32,000 nucleotides of DNA, taken from the NCBI GenBank assembly GCA_965277695.1, contig CBDIDQ010000114.1, forward strand, positions 4,914 to 36,913, given 5' to 3'. Of the stretch, positions 10,063 through 17,821 are shown piece after piece. The translations under genes were made by a program, and so were the position numbers. Every line of letters starts with the position of its first letter. The first letter of the stretch is position 1. This stretch comes from Alteromonadaceae bacterium (lineage in GTDB: Bacteria > Pseudomonadota > Gammaproteobacteria > Enterobacterales > Alteromonadaceae). The notes under the pieces are model-generated. The model had not been told where the DNA came from. It was given only the letters and a program-made list of their open reading frames with translations, and did no database searches.

Positions 10063-10275
10063 TTACTGTGGTGTACCGCATCCCCAACGGCAGAGTTGTT
10101 TGTTGCGGCTGCAAAGTGCTCCATCAATGCCAGCATTAACACAAATTTGATAACGCTGGATACAGTCAATCAGACACTCTTCATATGGTGAGTTAGCGTT
10201 TGATACGCCAGACAACATGGCCATGGACATCCCTAGGCCGAGTAAAAAAGCAGAGCGTTTTGTTTTTGTTTTCAT
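10063..10275 (-). CDS. Small secreted cysteine-rich peptide (70-aa precursor, roughly 43-aa mature, 6 Cys)
   Basis: AGGAAA lies 4 nt upstream of the ATG. Signal peptide MKTKTKRSAFLLGLGMSMAMLSGVSNA. The mature part is NSPYEECLIDCIQRYQICVNAGIDGALCSRNKQLCRWGCGTPQ, with Cys spacing 3-6-9-6-3. Confidence 0.6.
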   Translation of the reverse strand: MKTKTKRSAFLLGLGMSMAMLSGVSNANSPYEECLIDCIQRYQICVNAGIDGALCSRNKQLCRWGCGTPQ

Positions 10276-10489
10276 AAGTTTCCTATTTTTATATTTAGTT
10301 TAAGGTTATTGTTTTAAATTTCATACCTTTACAGTCGTTCCAGTTAAAAGTCAGAGCGGTACAATGTAAAGGTGATGTGAGTATTGGAAACGAAAAGGGA
10401 GTTGTCAAGTTGGATTATAGATAATTTAGTGTAACCTTGCCGTAAACCAAAGGTTACAAACGATTCATTTGAGTGAGTTATCGTTTAAC

Positions 10490-12082
10490 TCAACAACCCC
10501 AAATGGTGATCTCACGTCCTTCGAAGTTTCGCTGCTGCTGCCAAATTTTATCATCCCATGATGTCTGTGGATGGCGATTGAAAATCACCAAATGGGCTTG
10601 TGAGGCACTCAGTTTGTCGGCATAGTCAGCGGTTTGTTCCAGCCCTTCTTTAATACAGCTTTCTAGCGATGAATAAAGTATTTTAAGTTCAATCACTATG
10701 CGCTGAACATCGCCATGGAAACCGCTATCGCCTGTTGGCCATTCAATCATTAAATCGGTTCTTCTACGGCCTAAAGCGTATTCTCTGTTGATACGGCCCC
10801 CACCGTTAACAACCCGTTGTAAAAATGCCTGCATTAACAATTGCGGCCCTGCTTCTTTATAATCAAAACGTTCCAACCAACTTTCTGAATTCTCACGAAA
10901 GAATTGTTGAAAGGCGGCCAGCAATTTAGCCATATCAAGGTGATTGTGTTGGTCGATGTACCAGACCTGTTGCTGTTCTATAGCCATCTGGCTGCCCCAA
11001 GATAATTCTCTGGGGATCACTTCTTGATAGATTCGGTTGGCAATGACCAATTCACCATTGCGAGCACGGTTGAGCAGACCTAAATCAACGACATAATCGA
11101 CATCATCCGGCACCATTTGTTGTTGACTGATGCCTGAGAGCATCGGGGCGATCACTGAACGCACCCGTGATTCTTTGAGCTTATCGCTTAATTGGTCCAG
11201 ATGAGTGGTTCGGGCATAAATCAGGCTTTCACGGGCTGCTTTATAATCCTCCAGTTCAATGGTTTTGCTACGGTCCCGGTTTGCTTTAGTTTCCCAAGTC
11301 ATTTCCCAAGCAAGGGCATTTACCAGCCAAGGTTGACCTTGAGTATCTTGCCAAAGGGCCGGAAAAATATCCTGGTTAAATATCTGCCCGGTTTCAGCCG
11401 TGTGTTGCTGATAAAGGGCAAGCACTTCATCGAGACAAAAATTGCCCATGCGCAAGGATTTTGATTTGATATTGAAAGCGCTGCCACCCGTAATAATTTC
11501 ACCGCCACTATGAATGCGATAATCACGTACATCCCTGATACCACACAATACGATGCTTTGTGGAAAAGCACTGGGACGTTGATCATAACCCGCTCTTATT
11601 TGACGTAATAATGAAATTAAGGTGTCACCAATCAAGGCATCGACTTCATCGATGAATAAAACGCAAGGTGTCGGTGAGGCTTCACTCCAATAACTGAGTA
11701 GTTGGGTCAGGCGGTCTTTGGGGTTTATTGTTCGTCCTTTTTGTTCCAACCATTCGATTAATGTCGTGGCTTTGAGGTGAGTTTGGGCGCGATGGGCAAG
11801 GGTTTCACATAATCCGCTGATACCTTCATTGGCATCATTACGAGCAGCCTGTGCTCCTTCGACATTGACATAAAGCGCATTATATTGACCCGATTGGTTT
11901 AATGCATTCATCATGCTTAACAGCGTGGTGGTTTTACCTGTTTGGCGAGGCGCATGAAGGACGAAGTACTTGTCTTGTCCGATAAGCATTTGGAGCTCTT
12001 CCCAATCAAGACGGCTGAGCGGATTGATATGATAGTGTCTACCAGTTTGAATGGGTCCAGCGGTGTTAAAGAAACGGGTCAT
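10490..12082 (-). CDS. AAA-type ATPase with C-terminal PD-(D/E)XK nuclease-like domain
   Basis: The ORF track gives 10490-12151. I prefer ATG at 12082 because MTRFFNTAGP... is the usual N-terminus of this ATPase family. Walker A is HAPRQTGKTTT and Walker B is VLFIDEVD. The C-terminus carries RRRTDLMIEWP..(about 17 aa)..VIELKI, which fits a D..(D/E)xK nuclease motif. Confidence 0.8.
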   Translation of the reverse strand: MTRFFNTAGPIQTGRHYHINPLSRLDWEELQMLIGQDKYFVLHAPRQTGKTTTLLSMMNALNQSGQYNALYVNVEGAQAARNDANEGISGLCETLAHRAQTHLKATTLIEWLEQKGRTINPKDRLTQLLSYWSEASPTPCVLFIDEVDALIGDTLISLLRQIRAGYDQRPSAFPQSIVLCGIRDVRDYRIHSGGEIITGGSAFNIKSKSLRMGNFCLDEVLALYQQHTAETGQIFNQDIFPALWQDTQGQPWLVNALAWEMTWETKANRDRSKTIELEDYKAARESLIYARTTHLDQLSDKLKESRVRSVIAPMLSGISQQQMVPDDVDYVVDLGLLNRARNGELVIANRIYQEVIPRELSWGSQMAIEQQQVWYIDQHNHLDMAKLLAAFQQFFRENSESWLERFDYKEAGPQLLMQAFLQRVVNGGGRINREYALGRRRTDLMIEWPTGDSGFHGDVQRIVIELKILYSSLESCIKEGLEQTADYADKLSASQAHLVIFNRHPQTSWDDKIWQQQRNFEGREITIWGC

Positions 12083-12562
12083 GATGGTTTTCCGTTGATA
12101 CTTGTATAAAGAGGTTAGCAGCAGGTAACGAGTGATTTGATTATATCCCAATACGAAGGAGAGGTCTTAAGTTTATGTTGTTGCAAGGTTTTCACGCTTT
12201 GGTTGATTATTTGCTTGATTAGTCCAAACCGCAGTTAATGAGTTGCTTCAATAGGCGCACAACCAATCCACTTAAAGAAACGGCTTTAAGGTGCAATATT
12301 AGGTGTTTTTACCTAATTGTGAGATGTGAAATCAGTTCGATTTACGACTTATTTCATAGCTTCGCAAGAGACTACTTTATATTTTCGCGGATAAATCCGC
12401 TGACCACAACGTCTTTCCCAGTTGGGTTATCGCCTCAAATTCACTATTGGTAATAGTCGGGGACAATACGGTCATGGTACTATTTGGGCGTAAACTGGCG
12501 CTTAAACTTTTAAAGCAAAAAACAATAACGCTCAACCAATCAAGTAACATACTGGTGTTTAT

Positions 12563-14167
12563 ATGGCCCGTAAAAGAAAAAAAGATAAAGAACAAAACTG
12601 GTTAGCCAGATACGAAGTGCTCAGTGGTGTTGCTGGCGCTATTATTGCCGCGATAGTGGTTGTCTCGTTGACGATATTTGTCAATAAACCAGCATCGCCA
12701 CCGGCCACGCTAAACAACAGTGGCAGTGGCATTGCCGTTGTTAATACTGGCAAAGGTGATGTTAATTTTTCTCCCGGTTACACTATTTCGCAACATGAAC
12801 AAAAACTCAAAGCGGCGATCACCAAAGAAACCCGTTACCTTGCACAGATTCATCGCGGTAAAATAACCGCAGCCAAGCTTGAAAAACAGCTGGCCGAGCA
12901 AAAAGTCGCTGAGTTACAAAACCAGTTAACTCACCTTGCAGACAGCCACCAAAAACGTATCAAGCAATTACAATCGATCAATGGCGCATTGCGGACACAA
13001 GCCAATAAAATCGACCAAAATATGTTGACACAGGCAACTACCGCCTTAGCGACAGGCGATACCCGCGTGGCCGAGCGACTGTTTAAGCAAATCGAGGACA
13101 ACGCCCAATCGGCTACTTTAGCTGCTGCCGCTGCCGCATTTGAACGGGGTAAAATTGCCCACGCCAATCTCGATTATTATAAAGCTTATAAGCATTTCAA
13201 ACGTGCTGTGGGTTATTCACCAGATAATGCAAATTACCTAAATGAAGCCGCTATGATGGCGGGTATAGTGGCCGACTACCAGCAACAAATTCAATGGAAT
13301 GAACAGGCTCTGGTGCTTTATATTGAGCAAAAAGGTGAAAACTCAATACAAGTGGCGACGGTGCGCAATAACTTAGGTTTGACTTATCAATCTTTAGGTC
13401 AATACCTAAAAGCCATTGAGCACTATCAGTTGGCTTTAGTAGCTGATATAAAAACTTATGGTGAGTTTCACCCTGATGTGGCGATAGACCACAATAACTT
13501 AGGTTTGGCCTATAAATCTTTAGGGCAATACCAAAAAGCGATTGAGTATTATCAATTAGCCCTAACATCCGACCTAAAAACCTATGGTGAGACGCATCCG
13601 CAAGTTGCTACGTACCACAATAACTTAGGTTCGGCCTATAAGTCTTTAGGTCAATACCAAAAAGCGATTGAGTATTATCAATTGGCTCTGGCATCTGACC
13701 TGAAAACCTATGGTGAGGCGCATCCGAATGTGGCGACAGACCGTAATAATTTAGGCTCGGCCTATAAATCTTTAGGTCAATACCAAAAAGCGATTGAGTA
13801 TTATCAACTGGCCTTAACCTCAGGCATTCAAACCTATGGTGAGACTCATCCAAAAGTCGCTTTAAGACGCAGTAACTTAGGTTCGGTCTATAAGGCTTTA
13901 GGTCAATACCAAAAAGCGATTGAGTATTATCAACTGGCCTTGACCTCTGGCATTCAAACCTATGGTGAGATCCATCCAAAAGTCGCCTTAAGGCGTAATC
14001 ATTTAGGCTCGGCCTATCATTCTTTAGGGCAATACCAAAAAGCGATTGAGTATTATCAACAAGCGTTAGCTATTTTTGAAAATACTTTCGATGCCAAGCA
14101 CCGATATATAATAAAGACCAAAAAGAATCTTGCATCTGCACAAGCGGCGTTGGTTAAAAATCTTTAG
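12563..14167 (+). CDS. Membrane-anchored coiled-coil / tetratricopeptide repeat (TPR_12, kinesin-light-chain-like) protein
   Basis: 534-aa ORF. The basic N-terminus is followed by a TM helix (VLSGVAGAIIAAIVVVSLTIFV) and a coiled-coil-like region (KLEKQLAEQKVAELQNQLTHL). About six 42-aa units of the form NNLGxAYKSLGQYQKAIEYYQLALxSDLKTYGExHPxVA follow. Confidence 0.9.
   Translation: MARKRKKDKEQNWLARYEVLSGVAGAIIAAIVVVSLTIFVNKPASPPATLNNSGSGIAVVNTGKGDVNFSPGYTISQHEQKLKAAITKETRYLAQIHRGKITAAKLEKQLAEQKVAELQNQLTHLADSHQKRIKQLQSINGALRTQANKIDQNMLTQATTALATGDTRVAERLFKQIEDNAQSATLAAAAAAFERGKIAHANLDYYKAYKHFKRAVGYSPDNANYLNEAAMMAGIVADYQQQIQWNEQALVLYIEQKGENSIQVATVRNNLGLTYQSLGQYLKAIEHYQLALVADIKTYGEFHPDVAIDHNNLGLAYKSLGQYQKAIEYYQLALTSDLKTYGETHPQVATYHNNLGSAYKSLGQYQKAIEYYQLALASDLKTYGEAHPNVATDRNNLGSAYKSLGQYQKAIEYYQLALTSGIQTYGETHPKVALRRSNLGSVYKALGQYQKAIEYYQLALTSGIQTYGEIHPKVALRRNHLGSAYHSLGQYQKAIEYYQQALAIFENTFDAKHRYIIKTKKNLASAQAALVKNL
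13351..14090 (+). repeat. Intragenic tandem repeat, 126-bp period, about 6 units (encodes the TPR units)
   Basis: The string caataccaaaaagcgattgagtattatcaa recurs about every 126 bp (near 13525, 13651, 13777, 13903 and 14029) with very few nucleotide differences. Confidence 0.85.
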
Positions 14168-14570
14168 GTCATACGATGGTTTTGGATCGTCAAGCCAACT
14201 AAGAGCTGATGCCTTTTTAGCATCCGATTAAATAGGGTATTGATCAAAACCACGAATGAATTCGCGCCTAAGTTTGCTAACTTTGCCGTAGACGAGGTTT
14301 CAACCTCGTTAATGTTGAGGGATAATTGTCACCTTAATTTGCGCTAGATGATCAGCGCTATTTTACGTTTATCTACCATAAAGTGTGTGCTTTTCTCTTA
14401 ACTTTCTTAACTTCCTTCTATCACATCTCAAAATATGATCACCCGCAAGTCATTATTGCAGAGCGTGGTTTTTATCTATTCATGGGGAAAAGCCAGACGT
14501 CAAAAAATAACCCACAGTGAGCTGATTAGCTTCACTGGTTATTAAATTATTCCAGATAAAGGATAAGACT

Positions 14571-14717
14571 ATGCTCAATGAACAGAAACACCCAATATCA
14601 TCGAAAGATAACGAACCCACTTCAGTTAAGCATACTGATAATAAACTGGCTTTGCCAGAAACCAGCGATTCACAGACTAAGGGGACGGGAAGAGACGAAA
14701 ATGAAGATTCCACTTGA
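14571..14717 (+). CDS. Possible small ORF (48 aa) of cassette 1
   Basis: AAGGA lies 6 nt upstream of the ATG. My translation is MLNEQKHPISSKDNEPTSVKHTDNKLALPETSDSQTKGTGRDENEDST. The acidic C-terminal tail (TGRDENEDST) parallels the tail of the 15115-15327 ORF (TGRDEEEEE). Part of that similarity lies inside a shared DNA repeat, so coding status is uncertain. Confidence 0.3.
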   Translation: MLNEQKHPISSKDNEPTSVKHTDNKLALPETSDSQTKGTGRDENEDST

Positions 14718-14889
14718 TAGGCGTTATGATTGTTAGTGGTCGAGCATTTATTTAGGTTGTACGAAGTAGTGATGCTCGACATGGCTAACAAGCGACCTTG
14801 GAACGAAGCGGTCGGACTTTTTAACTATTTTCTTTCAACCCGTCGGGCGTTAAGGCTTTTTAGAGGCACTTTATAGTGCCTCTAAAATT
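14676..14889 (+). repeat. Structured composite repeat, copy 1 (three hairpin modules, attC-like middle module)
   Basis: Alignable with 15289-15512. Module H1 is GTTAGTGGTCGAGCA..loop..TGCTCGACATGGCTAAC. Module H2 is CTAACAAGCGAC..46 nt..GTCGGGCGTTAAGG (xAAC-NNN-CGAC / GTCG-NNN-GTTRRR). Module H3 is the perfect hairpin TAGAGGCAC-tttata-GTGCCTCTA at 14861-14884. Confidence 0.7.
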
Positions 14890-15114
14890 GACTAATCCGA
14901 GCTAATACAATGGTTTGATAAGAACCTTCAACATTCACGAGATTAAAATTTCGACTACGTAGAATGGCTGCGCCTCGCATTATTTTCCGTCAATCGCTTA
15001 ACTTTCTTAAGTTGTGCTTAAGCCTGATTTTCTCCAATACGGCAATGCAAGATAATTTGAATCGTTGGTACCAGCAACCTGATCAATCTTCAAATTAACT
15101 AGGAGTTTTTTAAA

Positions 15115-15327
15115 ATGAAAAAAACGACAGAGCAGAAATTAATTGAACCACAAAATATCCTTTTTAACAAAATGTTGCCAGCCAAAAGTAAGCAGCCAAT
15201 TGACAGCCTTGTGTCGAGTAAACCATCAATTTTCACAAAGTTTGAGTTTAAACGGCTAAATAAGCTGATGAAAATGTTTAGCAACCTGACTAAGGAAACT
15301 GGTAGGGACGAAGAGGAAGAGGAATAA
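15115..15327 (+). CDS. Small hypothetical protein (70 aa) of cassette 2, acidic C-terminus
   Basis: AGGAG lies 9 nt upstream of the ATG. The ORF is MKKTTEQKLIEPQNILFNKMLPAKSKQ...TKETGRDEEEEE and is followed directly by repeat copy 2. Confidence 0.45.
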   Translation: MKKTTEQKLIEPQNILFNKMLPAKSKQPIDSLVSSKPSIFTKFEFKRLNKLMKMFSNLTKETGRDEEEEE

Positions 15328-15512
15328 TTCCCCTTAATAAGGAGTTAGGATTGCCAGTGGTCGAGCACTTTATTTGCATGAAGTAACGCGATTTTTACTC
15401 GACCTAGCAAACGAGCGACTTAGCAACGAAGCGAGCAAGGACATTTTAGCTGTTCGCTATTAACCTGTTGCTCGTTAAAGCTTTTAGAGGCACTTAGCAG
15501 TGCCTCTAAAAT
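15289..15512 (+). repeat. Structured composite repeat, copy 2
   Basis: Same three modules as copy 1. H1 is GGTCGAG..loop..CTCGACC. H2 is CAAACGAGCGAC..46 nt..GTTGCTCGTTAAAG. H3 is TAGAGGCAC-ttagca-GTGCCTCTA at 15485-15508. The stems are conserved while the loops differ. Confidence 0.7.
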
Positions 15513-15815
15513 TATTCATTTTACCCAACACAATTGGGCAATAAACGATGATATTTCAAGTGTTTTCGGCCAATTGGTGAATTTCGGTTCACAATAGTGA
15601 CCAGTGAGGTTTGAAATACCACTAAAGCACCGTTTTTGTAATCGAAAACGCAATCGGAAATACAATTCATTTTTCTTTTGTCATAGTTGATCTTTAATTT
15701 AACATAATAATTAATTCATCTAAATTACGCTTTAGAAGAGTCAAGAGCTTGAAATTTTTTATTGCTTTGCGTAGTCTTGTTTAATCTCTTGTCTGCTGGT
15801 GTTATATTATACACT

Positions 15816-15835
15816 ATCAGTCTACCTTCAAATTA
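15816..15835 (+). promoter_or_regulatory. Repeated asymmetric motif, site A (candidate Ter / Tus-binding site)
   Basis: ATCAGTCTACCTTCAAATTA, ending 1 nt before the GTG of the recombinase ORF. Confidence 0.45.
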
Positions 15836-16843
15836 GTGATTTCAACTGCTATGACCCTTGCCACAAATCGTCTTCAAGCCGCATTAGCTTACCAACCCGG
15901 TGAAATGGTGGCTGCTAAACCAGAAAAATTCATTCGGGTTTTTGATGGCACTAACCCAGCACATAAATATTTACAGCAATTAGGGTCTAAAAACAGCCAA
16001 GCAACTATGGGTTATGTGCTGGATCGAGTCGCTAAAGTATTATTGCGTGATGCTGATGTTCGACTCGATGCGATTAATTGGATCACTGTCACCGATGTGC
16101 ATTTAATGGCCTTGATCCGCTATTTCAGCGATGAAGTAAAACTCTCTCCTTATACCGTTAGTTTGTACGCTTCGGCGGTGAAATCGGTGATGGTCGAAGC
16201 CTATTTTCTTGACATGATTAACGAAAAACAACTGAAATTAATCCAACGGGTGAAAATCCCCCGAGGTTCACGTATTCGTCAACGAACTGCCTTGAGTCTG
16301 ACTGAAATCCAAACTTTTTTTGCTGCTTGTGATGATGGCACTGCCCTTGGCGCACGAGATGCTGCGGCTTTTTCGGTATTGGTGGGCTGCGGTTTACGTC
16401 GCGAAGAAGCGGCAACCCTGGCGATGGAAAATATCGATTTTGCTGTGGCTGAATTAAAAATCATTGGTAAAGGCAATAAACAACGAATGGTGCCATTGCA
16501 AACAACCGTTGAGGATAAATTACTCGATTGGATCGACAATTGGCGCGGCGAATACCCGGGGGCATTATTTACCGGACTACATAAAAATGGCAGCATCACT
16601 GACCAACAACTGACGGTTTCTGGGCTGTATAAAGCGATTAAAAAACGCGGTGTATTGCTGCCGATCCAATCGTTTATGATCCACGATTTACGTCGAACCT
16701 ATGGCACTTTATTGCTCGATAATGATGTTGATGTGTTTACCGTACAAGAATTGCTAGGTCATGAATCGGTTGATACCACTAAAAAGTATGATATGCGTGG
16801 CAATGACCGCAAACGTAAAGCGGTCGATACGTTGAAGTTTTAA
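15836..16843 (+). CDS. Tyrosine-type site-specific recombinase/integrase (not IntI-type)
   Basis: 335-aa ORF starting at GTG 15836, with an alternative ATG at 15851. The catalytic signature is present: GLRREE (Arg), KGNKQRMVPL (Lys), HDLRRT (His-x-x-Arg), LGHESVDTTKKY (His..Tyr). The stretch between the Lys and the HxxR motif is short, so the extra domain typical of integron integrases is absent. Confidence 0.85.
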   Translation: MISTAMTLATNRLQAALAYQPGEMVAAKPEKFIRVFDGTNPAHKYLQQLGSKNSQATMGYVLDRVAKVLLRDADVRLDAINWITVTDVHLMALIRYFSDEVKLSPYTVSLYASAVKSVMVEAYFLDMINEKQLKLIQRVKIPRGSRIRQRTALSLTEIQTFFAACDDGTALGARDAAAFSVLVGCGLRREEAATLAMENIDFAVAELKIIGKGNKQRMVPLQTTVEDKLLDWIDNWRGEYPGALFTGLHKNGSITDQQLTVSGLYKAIKKRGVLLPIQSFMIHDLRRTYGTLLLDNDVDVFTVQELLGHESVDTTKKYDMRGNDRKRKAVDTLKF

Positions 16844-16873
16844 TCTCCACCAGCACCAAAACGTAGCAGCAAA

Positions 16874-17776
16874 TTACAATATACCAATCAATTTTAATGG
16901 TCTGAACAGGCTTTCTGCTCCTGGTGGCAATTTGCTTTGCGGTGGATTTTCATCCCTGACAAAGGACTTTAATTCAGTGCCAGATGGTAACGAGTTACTT
17001 TTTTGGTCTAATAAAATCCACGGCATAATGGCATTAAACCGAGTGGTTTTGAGTTTATCATTGACATAATGGCTGTAGTCGGTGACGGGAAAGGTGCGGT
17101 AAACCTTTTCTCGCTGGATACTACGGTAATTGCCCTGTTGAATTTTGGCCATGGTGGCTTCGATGTTGGCTTGCCATTCTTGCAGGTCGACAAATGCTTT
17201 GGGTTTATGCTTTTGTTCAGCCAGCCAGTTAATGGCTTCTTTGGGGGTATAACTATAGTTAACCTGTCTTGAGCGGCACCAGCTAAACCAGACGCTTTTT
17301 ACCTGTCGTTGACTGTAACTGATATGACGATACAGTTGTTCGGTCATCACCTGTGGAAACATTTGGTGAATAAAAGCATGGCGTTGTTGATGATTGCGGT
17401 TGTGCTGCACAATGGTTTTGATGGCGTCTTTTTTGCTGTTGATTTGGTCGATAAGATTGATCACCGTATCGGCAGGCAAGCTGGAGACAATTAAACCCGG
17501 CATTCGCGAGACAAACCGGGTAGAGCAACCATCAGCGACGTAAAAGCGCTTATAGTAATTCAGCACGGTTAAGCGATGTAGCCATTCATTGAGTTTGGTC
17601 ACTTCAATGAACGGCTGACCATGGGCTAATACCTGTTCTTCATTGATACTTAATACTGGCGAGGTTTCATAACCGATAAATGATAGTGAGTCGTCATTAT
17701 CAAGCAAGTCACTGAGTTTATCGGTTAGTGATATTAATTGAGCCATCAGCATTTTAACTTCAGTTTTTTCATTCAT
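16874..17776 (-). CDS. tus: DNA replication terminus site-binding protein (Tus homologue)
   Basis: About 300 aa, against 309 aa for E. coli Tus. By-eye alignment to E. coli Tus as I remember it gives these pairs: RMPGLIVSSL..LIDQINSKKDAIKTIV vs RLPGVLCYQV..HIQHINKLKTTFEHIV; RHAFIHQMFPQVMTEQLYRHIS vs [29 protein letters not shown] vs LRFGWAN; LQEWQANIE vs REEWQRKLE; C-terminal LFRPLKLIGIL vs LRLIIPRLHLY. I prefer ATG 17776 (MNEKTEV...) over the track GTG at 17791. Confidence 0.75.
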   Translation of the reverse strand: MNEKTEVKMLMAQLISLTDKLSDLLDNDDSLSFIGYETSPVLSINEEQVLAHGQPFIEVTKLNEWLHRLTVLNYYKRFYVADGCSTRFVSRMPGLIVSSLPADTVINLIDQINSKKDAIKTIVQHNRNHQQRHAFIHQMFPQVMTEQLYRHISYSQRQVKSVWFSWCRSRQVNYSYTPKEAINWLAEQKHKPKAFVDLQEWQANIEATMAKIQQGNYRSIQREKVYRTFPVTDYSHYVNDKLKTTRFNAIMPWILLDQKSNSLPSGTELKSFVRDENPPQSKLPPGAESLFRPLKLIGIL

Positions 17777-17794
17777 TGGTTTGCAAGCCACATC

Positions 17795-17813
17795 ATCAGT
17801 CTACCTTAAATTA
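17795..17813 (+). promoter_or_regulatory. Repeated asymmetric motif, site B (candidate Ter / tus operator)
   Basis: ATCAGTCTACCTTAAATTA. It lies 4 nt upstream of the tus GTG (17791) and 19 nt upstream of the tus ATG (17776). It sits just downstream of a predicted -10 box on the tus strand. Confidence 0.5.
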
Positions 17814-17821
17814 TATTAACT

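Noticed and set aside
12083-12151. N-terminal extension MGYNQITRYLLLTSLYKYQRKTI of the ATPase ORF
   Set aside because: The family-typical N-terminus (MTRFFNTAGP) starts at the internal ATG 12082. The extension looks like read-through of upstream non-coding sequence.
12238-12753. ORFs 12238-12453 (+), 12377-12595 (-) and 12559-12753 (-) between or overlapping the ATPase and TPR genes
   Set aside because: They overlap one another and the TPR start region. They have no ribosome-binding sites or recognisable motifs, so they are probably promoter-region noise.
13251-13979. Minus-strand ORFs 13251-13568 and 13608-13979 with internally repetitive products
   Set aside because: They are antisense shadows of the 126-bp TPR repeats. 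The repetition stems from the sense-strand repeat.
14480-14791. 103-aa minus-strand ORF across cassette 1
   Set aside because: It runs antisense through the shared structured repeat and the better-supported plus-strand small ORF. Its product is Ser/Leu-rich with no start context.
15697-15724. dif-like sequence ATTTAACATAA-TAATTA-ATTCATCTAAA near tus and the recombinase
   Set aside because: The first 11 nt match the XerD-binding arm of E. coli dif exactly (reverse complement of TTATGTTAAAT). The would-be XerC arm matches only about 2 of 11 positions of GGTGCGCATAA, so this is not a credible dif site. An AT-rich 11-mer match in AT-rich DNA may be chance. A true dif should be sought elsewhere in the genome.
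15836-16843. Integron integrase (IntI) interpretation of the tyrosine recombinase next to the attC-like repeats
   Set aside because: The protein lacks the additional domain that IntI proteins carry between the catalytic Lys region and the HxxR motif. It also lies downstream of the cassettes and co-oriented with them, rather than upstream and divergent.
17008-17528. ORFs nested in or antisense to tus (17008-17193, 17069-17272, 17283-17528, 17309-17494)
   Set aside because: These are shadow frames inside a gene that has end-to-end similarity to Tus.
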